Of a stretch of 64,000 bases of DNA, positions 15,701 to 22,329 are shown one piece after another (position 1 is the first letter of the stretch; every line of letters starts with the position of its first letter). The translations under genes and the position numbers were made by a program. The notes below the pieces were generated by a model, which did no database searches, was not told where the DNA came from, and saw nothing but the letters and a program-made list of their open reading frames with translations. Source of the DNA: an uncultured Verrucomicrobiota bacterium (GTDB taxonomy: Bacteria > Verrucomicrobiota > Verrucomicrobiia > Limisphaerales > UBA9464); NCBI GenBank assembly GCA_903835555.1, contig CAILNN010000134.1, forward strand, positions 13,182-77,181, written 5' to 3'.

Positions 15701-16282
15701 TTACTTCAGCAAACCACCGAGGACGGCAGCGGCTTCTTGCTTTACTGAAAGAACCTTGCGGAGTTCTTCCTGAGCGGATTCCAGCTTGGCTTCCTTGTCT
15801 TTGACCGAGGAGCGGTAGGCGGACAGCTTGGACTTGATGACATCAGCGGAGGCATTGTCATCGATCGCTTTTTGCAGGGCTTCCTGCTCGGGGCTGGGTT
15901 CACCACCCGGCCCACGACGACCGCCGCCCTGGCCACCTTGTGCTCCAGGACCGCCTGGACCGCCGCGACGTCCGCCAGGGCCTCCGGGACCACGTCCAAA
16001 ACCGACTGCCATACGGGCTTCGGTTACCTTTTGGATGCGGGTTTCGATCAACTTCCATTCCTCGTCGTCCTTGACCGCGAGTTGTTCACGATACCGGTCC
16101 ATCATCATTTTTTGGAATTGGGCCGGATCCCAGTTGCCGCGACCGCCACCGCCGCCGCCAGGGCCGCCGGGAGGGGCTCCCGCAGGTGGCTGGGCGTCTT
16201 GAGCGCAAGCAGTTCCGAGTGTGACCAGGGCGGCAAGGCCGACCCCAACTAGAGGACGAAGGAAGCGATTCATGTGTGTCAT
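15701..16282 (-). CDS. Secreted Gly/Arg/Pro-rich helical protein of unknown function, first gene of T2SS locus 1
   Basis: The ATG at 16282 (or 16273) gives MTHMNRFLRPLVGVGLAALVTLGTACAQ, a signal peptide. It is followed by GGPGGGGGGRGN, a helical segment (DEEWKLIETRIQKVTEARM), GFGRGPGGPGGRRGGPGGPGAQGGQGGGRRGPGG, and a second helical segment ending LSVKQEAAAVLGGLLK. The gene ends 45 nt upstream of gspE on the same strand. Confidence 0.5.
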   Translation of the reverse strand: MTHMNRFLRPLVGVGLAALVTLGTACAQDAQPPAGAPPGGPGGGGGGRGNWDPAQFQKMMMDRYREQLAVKDDEEWKLIETRIQKVTEARMAVGFGRGPGGPGGRRGGPGGPGAQGGQGGGRRGPGGEPSPEQEALQKAIDDNASADVIKSKLSAYRSSVKDKEAKLESAQEELRKVLSVKQEAAAVLGGLLK

Positions 16283-17180
16283 CGTTAGATGTTGATGTGA
16301 CGTGCTATCAACCTCCGAGACTGATGAATGGGAAAGGTGGTTACATGAAAAAAGTGTCTCGGGACCGTTCGCAGCCTTTAGATTGCGTCCGCCCCTGGTT
16401 ATCGCGAGGTTCCAGCCGATCGGTAGGCCGAGATTACATCGAACCGCGCGTTGCAACCCGTCGGGATAGCGCCCGTATCGCCAACCAGGGCTTTGTAGTC
16501 GTCCGACCTGAGTCGACGCTGATCACACAAAACCCCAACCCGTCTCCGAGCACCTCGGCGGGTAAAGAAGCTGTAGCCCAACGCACTTCTCCAAAACCAT
16601 CGCCCACTCGCACGGCTAAATGCCATGGCGGTCCAAGACGCGTCGTAAGGTAAAGTGCCACCGGAGGGTCCGTCAGGTCTTGGAGTCCGCCAGCCCTCTG
16701 GCGCTTTGGAAATGGGCGTGAAATCGACGGAGACCGGAGTTCACTGGCGGGTTAATCCAGTCCCAAGGCAAAAAGCAGTAGAGGACAACCGCAGTCCAAG
16801 ACGCTGCCGCGCGTTATTGAGGTGGTTGAGTTCAACGCCCCTCCAGATTGCTGTTACAAGCATCGACGGCATCCCGCGTGGGGGCCAGCCAATCATCGGC
16901 AGCCCGTAGTCAACCCCCCATTCCGAGCTTACCGAATGAAGTCGCATCCGGACCCAGTTGGCCCGGCAACTTCCGCCGGGCCCGATATCCCCTCAAGCAA
17001 ACCATCGCAAACAGCCATTTCCAGCCCCAACGGGGCGATCCAATTCCAGCCTGGGGCGTTGCCCCAGGAAAGAAATACCATATGTCCTATCCCTGTAGGG
17101 GCGTCCCAATTTCCCACACGGACCGCGATGCCGCGTTACGACCATCTAGTGCAGTTGTAATCAATTCCTATCTTGCTAGC

Positions 17181-17208
17181 TTGGTGAAAAAAGTGTAGTT
17201 ATTAAAAT
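17181..17208 (+). promoter_or_regulatory. Possible sigma70-type promoter (TTGGTG, 16 nt, TAAAAT) in an AT-rich patch
   Basis: This is the only markedly AT-rich stretch nearby. It lies 27 nt upstream of ATG 17235. This is a pattern match only. Confidence 0.25.
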
Positions 17209-17234
17209 ATTATCAACACCATTGGCTTAAACCT

Positions 17235-17565
17235 ATGATCCCTCGCAAAGCCCTTTGGCTCGCACTCGGATGGATCATTGCTTTCGGTGGGCAATTGACA
17301 ACGGCTTGCGCGCAAGGCACGGCCTTTACTTACCAAGGCCATTTGACCGATGGAAATGGCCCCGCCACCGGAGTTTACGACTTCCGCTTTCGCTTGGCCT
17401 CGGATACTCTGGCCAATACCTATGTGGGCAGCGTTTTTGGCTCGGACCAACGGCATGGTCCTCGGTACCGCCAATTGAGGTAACTACCAAAGCCCTATCA
17501 TCAACAACAGCATCACCAATTTTCCCGCACCGGGTAATCTGTTCTACCGATTGGTCGTCCCGTAA
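17235..17565 (+). pseudogene. Decayed small secreted-protein gene (one frameshift plus an in-frame TGA)
   Basis: Frame 0 encodes MIPRKALWLALGWIIAFGGQLTTACAQGTAFTYQGHLTDGNGPATGVYDFRFRL...SVFGSD and then runs into nonsense. Frame +1 continues TNGMVLGTAN-TGA-GNYQSPIINNSITNFPAPGNLFYRLVVP-TAA. The pieces read as one ~110-aa protein if one frameshift near 17445 and the TGA at 17476 are repaired. Confidence 0.45.
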
Positions 17566-17885
17566 TTCTTCACCAGATAGTCCACCAACCCTGGCACCGT
17601 ATTGGTCGCTATCGGCGCTCCAAATTTGGCCCGCATCTTGGTCACCTCCACTTCCCATTGACTGCGTTTCAAGGGCGGTTGAGTGGAGATGTACTCGGTC
17701 GAGTGGCAGAGCAGGCAGTTGGCCTTCATCAGGTCGATGCCCGGACTGTCTCTAAGCGTCAATGGCTCAGGCGGTAGCTTCCATGTGTCCCTATCGATAG
17801 GGGCAGTGGTTTCAGCCAAGCCGACCAAAGTTAGGCATAGAATTCCCGAGCAGGAGAGGGTGCGAAACAGGGACAAAATCTTCAT
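17544..17885 (-). CDS. sorB: Periplasmic mono-heme cytochrome c, SorB-like partner of the sulfite dehydrogenase
   Basis: 113 aa with a signal peptide and a single CLLCH heme-binding site. It lies immediately downstream of the Mo-enzyme gene. Confidence 0.7.
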   Translation of the reverse strand: MKILSLFRTLSCSGILCLTLVGLAETTAPIDRDTWKLPPEPLTLRDSPGIDLMKANCLLCHSTEYISTQPPLKRSQWEVEVTKMRAKFGAPIATNTVPGLVDYLVKNYGTTNR

Positions 17886-17899
17886 GGGATGCTTTGGCG

Positions 17900-19144
17900 C
17901 TAGACCACCTGAACCGCAACCGATTCCACCACATTGCGCATGTAACCCGACGGATTCCAGAGCGGCTCGAGCGGTTGAGATTGTCCCAGGCGATTGGTCG
18001 CTTTCACGCGAAGTTCATAAAGCCCCCCTCGCTCGGGCACCCAATCGATCGTCCACTCGCGAAAGGCGAATTTCCCCAGGTTTTCACCCAGGCGAGCCAC
18101 CTGCCAGCCTTGCCGCAGGTCTGAAGAAAAGAGCACCTCGTCGATTCCACTGCCGCCATCGAAGGCGATACCGCGGACTCGCAGCTTTTCTCCTTTTTTG
18201 ACTGCAGTGCCGCCGCTCAAGCTGGTGATGAACGAGCGAACATTGAGCCGCTGAATGGGCACCGTCTTCTTCGGCGTGGTCCCCGGCTCGACATGGGCGC
18301 AAGGGTCATCGGGGATTCGGTACGCCGGGTTCATATAAAACCCTTGGTACGTTTGATCGACCAGCGTGATCTCATTCAAGTGCTTCACCCAATAAGTTCC
18401 ATAGTGTCCTGGCACGACCAATCGCAGCGGATAGCCATTGAGCCACGGCAGGGATTCGCCGTTCATTTCCCAAGCTAGGATCGGTTCGGGAGCCAGGGCT
18501 GCGTCCAGGTCCAACGCTTTGATGAAATCCGGCGATGCCGGAAGGATCGGACGATCCAATCCGTTGAACAGCACTTGCCGAGCCTCGTTTTTGGGCTCCG
18601 CCGCCTGGAGGACGTCCGCCAGGCGAACCCCTTTCCAGCGAGCGCACCCCATTGCACCATTTCCCAACTGTCCACCCGGAACACGCGGGTTGAAAAAACC
18701 ACGCGAATTGCCCGAACATTGGTTCACCGCCACCACCTCGGTCGATGGAAACGCTTGTTGCAGCTCCGCCAATGAATAGCTCATCGGCTTGCCGGCACTT
18801 CCCTTGATTTCCAAGCGAAACTTGTCTGCGCCGAGCATCATGGCCGGGGGAGGGGAGCTGGTGAGGTGATAGCGAACGAAAAAGGCATCGTTTGGAGTCA
18901 GCAGCCCCTCGTTAAACACCTCGAACGGTGTTTCCAACTGCGGCGGGCGCGACGTGTGCCGGATCAACCGCCGTTTCTGCGGATATTGCACCAGTGGACG
19001 TTCGCCATTTTCAAACGGCAATCGCACCGTCAGTTCGTCATCAGCGAACAGAGCTCCAGGAGCCAAACGTAGAGCCGCGCCCGTCCCAAAGGCGGTTAAT
19101 AGGAATCCTCTGCGGTCTAAAGCCTCGAATTTGGACTGATGCAC
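17900..19144 (-). CDS. sorA: Sulfite-oxidase-family molybdoenzyme (SorA-like sulfite:cytochrome c oxidoreductase)
   Basis: 414 aa. Twin-arginine leader (GTG start) MHQSKFEALDRRGFLLTAFGTGAA. Mo-ligand cysteine context VAVNQCSGNSRGFF. C-terminal dimerisation-domain-like region. Confidence 0.8.
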   Translation of the reverse strand: MHQSKFEALDRRGFLLTAFGTGAALRLAPGALFADDELTVRLPFENGERPLVQYPQKRRLIRHTSRPPQLETPFEVFNEGLLTPNDAFFVRYHLTSSPPPAMMLGADKFRLEIKGSAGKPMSYSLAELQQAFPSTEVVAVNQCSGNSRGFFNPRVPGGQLGNGAMGCARWKGVRLADVLQAAEPKNEARQVLFNGLDRPILPASPDFIKALDLDAALAPEPILAWEMNGESLPWLNGYPLRLVVPGHYGTYWVKHLNEITLVDQTYQGFYMNPAYRIPDDPCAHVEPGTTPKKTVPIQRLNVRSFITSLSGGTAVKKGEKLRVRGIAFDGGSGIDEVLFSSDLRQGWQVARLGENLGKFAFREWTIDWVPERGGLYELRVKATNRLGQSQPLEPLWNPSGYMRNVVESVAVQVV

Positions 19145-19184
19145 CGGGAAAGAATGCTTCGATTGTCGACGAGTGCAATCTTGA

Positions 19185-20147
19185 TTACTCTCTAGACCTA
19201 CTTTGTTTCAGCAATCCATAGAGATCGCTATCCGTCGTCAATACCAGCGTTGTGTTGCTATCCGTGGTCTTTTGCAAGGTCTCGAGCGATTTGGTGAATT
19301 GGTAGAATTCCGCCGCTTCGGGTGTTTGGTTATAGGCGCGCGCATAGATCTCGGTCGCCTTTGCATCGGCTGTTCCCCGCAAAGTCTGGCATTTCCGGTA
19401 GGCAACCGATTCGATGGTTCGTAATTCCTTCTCCCGATTTCCCAGGATACGTGCCGCTTCTCCCTGGCCCTCCGATCGGAATCGTTCCGCTATTTGTTGC
19501 CGCTCGCTAATCATTCGTTGGTAAATGCTTTGCTGCACCGCTTCATTATAATTAATTCGAGTGAAAAGAACGTTCAATAGTTCAATACCAAAAACTCGAA
19601 GTTTCGGGGCGGCATTTTCCAAAACGATCTGCTCAAGGGCCGCGCGGCCAATCTGTATCGGTGGCCATTCGATCGCACGCACCGCCTTGTCTTCACCGAC
19701 CACCTCACCGGTCGGCTTCCTCGCCTTGTCGTTTCGCACGATCTCGATCAACTCGTGGCTGGCGACGACGTTGCGGATTTCGCCGCCAATGATGTCATCC
19801 AGCCGTGATTGAGCGGTGCGCTCGTCCCGCAATCGTAAAAAATACGCCTCCGCATCGACGATTCGCCAGCGGGCAAAGGCATCGACCACGATATAAGTCT
19901 TGTCCTTGGTCGGCATTTCTGTGGGACGTCCGTCCCAGTCGACCGCTCGCTTTTCAAACCGGTTCACCGTGCTGATGAACGGTGTCATGGTGTAAAGGCC
20001 GGCGTTGGTGATCGCGGCCCCGGTCGGTTTGCCGAACCGGGTGATGATGACTTGGTCCGTTTCGTTGACCACAAAAGTCAGCGAAGGGATGCCGATCGCG
20101 GCGAGAATCAACGTCGCCACCAAGGTTAGAGATAGAATCAATTTCAT
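19185..20147 (-). CDS. hflC: Protease modulator HflC (SPFH/band-7 domain)
   Basis: 320 aa with an N-terminal TM segment and an SPFH domain (VDAFARWRIVDAEAYFLRL...). The start makes an ATGA overlap with the hflK stop. Confidence 0.85.
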   Translation of the reverse strand: MKLILSLTLVATLILAAIGIPSLTFVVNETDQVIITRFGKPTGAAITNAGLYTMTPFISTVNRFEKRAVDWDGRPTEMPTKDKTYIVVDAFARWRIVDAEAYFLRLRDERTAQSRLDDIIGGEIRNVVASHELIEIVRNDKARKPTGEVVGEDKAVRAIEWPPIQIGRAALEQIVLENAAPKLRVFGIELLNVLFTRINYNEAVQQSIYQRMISERQQIAERFRSEGQGEAARILGNREKELRTIESVAYRKCQTLRGTADAKATEIYARAYNQTPEAAEFYQFTKSLETLQKTTDSNTTLVLTTDSDLYGLLKQSRSRE

Positions 20148-21205
20148 CGTCCGAATGGGTTGGGGATGGTGGGCTTGGCCGGAGTCGCCGAACTGGGCGG
20201 ATCGTTCAAGGGCAAGAGGGGAAGGAATTGGTGGAGTTCAGAATCAATCACCACCCTGCGCCCCGTGCGTGGCAACACGTCCTGCAGCGTTTCCAAGTAC
20301 AATCGTTGACGAGTGACCGTCGGCGCTTTGGCATATTCTGTCACCATCGAGGTGAACCGCGCAGCATCACCCTCGGCTTCATTGACCCGCTTATTGGCAT
20401 AGCCTTCGGCCTCGGCAAAAAGCTGATCGGCGGCACCTCGGGCTTGCGGGATTGCTTTATTGAACTGTCCTTTGGCCAGGTTAATGGACCGTTCCCGTTC
20501 CTGCTGGGCCTGATTGACCTCATTAAAGGAGGCTTGAACCGGTGCAGGTGGGTTCACGTCCTTGAGCTGCACTTGGTCGATCGTCAGTCCCAGTTGGTAC
20601 TGCCCAGTCAACCGTTGAAGTTCCCGGAGAGCATCGAATTCGATATCTTGCCGACCCACAGTGATGACTTCGTCCACCGTCCGATCGCCGACGACTTGTC
20701 TCATGACCGATTCGGACAGATCCCGGAGGGTTAATTCCGGGTCGCGCATGTTGAATAGGAATGCTCGTGGGTCGGCTATTCGATACTGAACGACCCACTC
20801 CACCAGCGCGACATTCAGGTCACCGGTTACCATGCGTTTTTCCCTGGCTTGCTCGTCGCTATTCATCGACTGATGTGGGTTGGTGGCGCCTCTGGTGCCA
20901 AAGCCAAATTCCACCTTGAGCTGGCGGCGCACCGGCAACGTCCGCACCGCTTCTATACCCCATGGCTTCTTCAGTCGAAGCCCGGAATCAGATATGCGGT
21001 CAAACTTCCCAAAGCGGGTGATGACCGCCTCCGATTCGGCGGGCACCGTGTAGAACGACGTCCAAACGCCGGTTAAGATGACGGTCCCCAGGAGACCGAT
21101 AGATACCCACTGATGCCATTGCCACGCTGGTACCCCACCCGAGCGCGAAAATGAATTGGTAGCGGCCATGAGCAACAGTAGTTCAATGCCATGGGAAACC
21201 GCCAT
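20144..21205 (-). CDS. hflK: Protease modulator HflK (SPFH/band-7 domain)
   Basis: SPFH domain (VITRFGKF...MVTGDLNVALVEWVVQYRIADPRAFLFN). It is paired with hflC. The track ORF starts on GTG at 21229. The first ATG is at 21205, and the true start is uncertain. Confidence 0.85.
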   Translation of the reverse strand: MAVSHGIELLLLMAATNSFSRSGGVPAWQWHQWVSIGLLGTVILTGVWTSFYTVPAESEAVITRFGKFDRISDSGLRLKKPWGIEAVRTLPVRRQLKVEFGFGTRGATNPHQSMNSDEQAREKRMVTGDLNVALVEWVVQYRIADPRAFLFNMRDPELTLRDLSESVMRQVVGDRTVDEVITVGRQDIEFDALRELQRLTGQYQLGLTIDQVQLKDVNPPAPVQASFNEVNQAQQERERSINLAKGQFNKAIPQARGAADQLFAEAEGYANKRVNEAEGDAARFTSMVTEYAKAPTVTRQRLYLETLQDVLPRTGRRVVIDSELHQFLPLLPLNDPPSSATPAKPTIPNPFGR

Positions 21206-21497
21206 TGGGAAAACACCCCCGTTTTCCACTCTCGCGATTCAAATGTCCCGGCATCCCGAGAGGTACCCGAATACAGCACACGAAAGCGAGGCGTTCCGCA
21301 GGGGCAACTGATTGGACTTTCCCTGACCGACGCGGAACGTTACCGCATTTCTTACCCCGAGATTACTCCATCCATATATTCCATGATGAGTGTCCAGTGA
21401 CACTATTGGTCGCCCAAGAAAGTCACTTGACATTCAAGCATTAACGAGTAAGAAACGAGTGAATTCGCAAGTAATCCATCAAATCATTCTTCTACCC

Positions 21498-22247
21498 ATG
21501 CGCGCCCAAAAATCGTTAATTCGAATTTATTTCACAGGTCTTGTCGCTGCTCTCCTAATCTCCCGGACACTGGCAGACAGCATCACAATTCAAAACCCGA
21601 GCTTCGAGGCATTGACCGGCAGCAACCCGGCCTATTTTGATTCATCCGGGGCGCTATTACCAGGGCACTCGTCAATCAACCCATCCCAAGGTCACCTCGC
21701 CACCCAGTATCCGACCACGGACCCTACACCAGGATGGCAGGTGATCGGGACGGGGGGTACGGTTAACGAAAACGGGACGGCCAACGTTACTCCAGCGGCC
21801 ACCGATGGCCAGAATGTTGCCTGGGCAAACGGTTATCAAAACCAGCACGGATACTTGAGCCAAACCTTGGGTGCCACTTACCAAGTCGGGGTCACCTATG
21901 AGCTCAAAGTCGATGTCAGTTCCATTATCGGATTACCAGTGTCGGGATTCACGGTCAGCTTGAACGCGGGAAACACAGTGGTGGCGAGTGCGGTCAACTC
22001 GATGTCAATCGTTCCCGGATCGTTCTCAACCGTCACCTTGGACGCCTCGGTCAACAGTGGCTCGCTTGCCGCCGGGCAGCCGATTTCGATTGTATTAGCG
22101 AGTTCCGGTTTTTCCTCGACGGGGACGGAGGTCATCTTTGACAATGTGCGTCTGACCTCGGCAGTTCCCGAACCCTCCACCTGGTTGCTTGCAACTCTGG
22201 GATTGCTGGGCTTGGCCGCAGCCGGGCGGCATGGGCAGCGGCGATAG
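21498..22247 (+). CDS. PEP-CTERM sorting-domain protein with a DUF642/CBM-like beta-sandwich
   Basis: The ATG at 21498 gives MRAQKSLIRIYFTGLVAALLISRTLA, a signal peptide. It is followed by IQNPSFE...W...G.. and a C-terminal VPEPSTWLLATLGLLGLAAAGRHGQRR, which is PEP-CTERM (PEP motif, TM segment, basic tail). Confidence 0.85.
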   Translation: MRAQKSLIRIYFTGLVAALLISRTLADSITIQNPSFEALTGSNPAYFDSSGALLPGHSSINPSQGHLATQYPTTDPTPGWQVIGTGGTVNENGTANVTPAATDGQNVAWANGYQNQHGYLSQTLGATYQVGVTYELKVDVSSIIGLPVSGFTVSLNAGNTVVASAVNSMSIVPGSFSTVTLDASVNSGSLAAGQPISIVLASSGFSSTGTEVIFDNVRLTSAVPEPSTWLLATLGLLGLAAAGRHGQRR

Positions 22248-22329
22248 GACTCCGGGAGAGTCAGTTTATTCTTTCCTTTTTTCGGAAATCACCCCTTTGT
22301 CAAGCCATTGGGGTGCGAGTGTTTCCACT

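Noticed and set aside
15880-16200. GGC/GCC/CCG-rich tracts here and at 4850-4890, 5230-5290 and 5560-5630 looked like tandem DNA repeats.
   Set aside because: They are the coding sequence of poly-Gly/Pro/Arg protein segments. They have no fixed period beyond the codon and no spacer-repeat architecture, so they are not CRISPR or VNTR.
22248-22329. Possible bidirectional terminator between the PEP-CTERM gene and gspD2 (GACTC-CGGGA-GAGTC followed by a T-rich run).
   Set aside because: The stem is only 5 bp, too weak to annotate as a feature. It is mentioned only under the PEP-CTERM finding.
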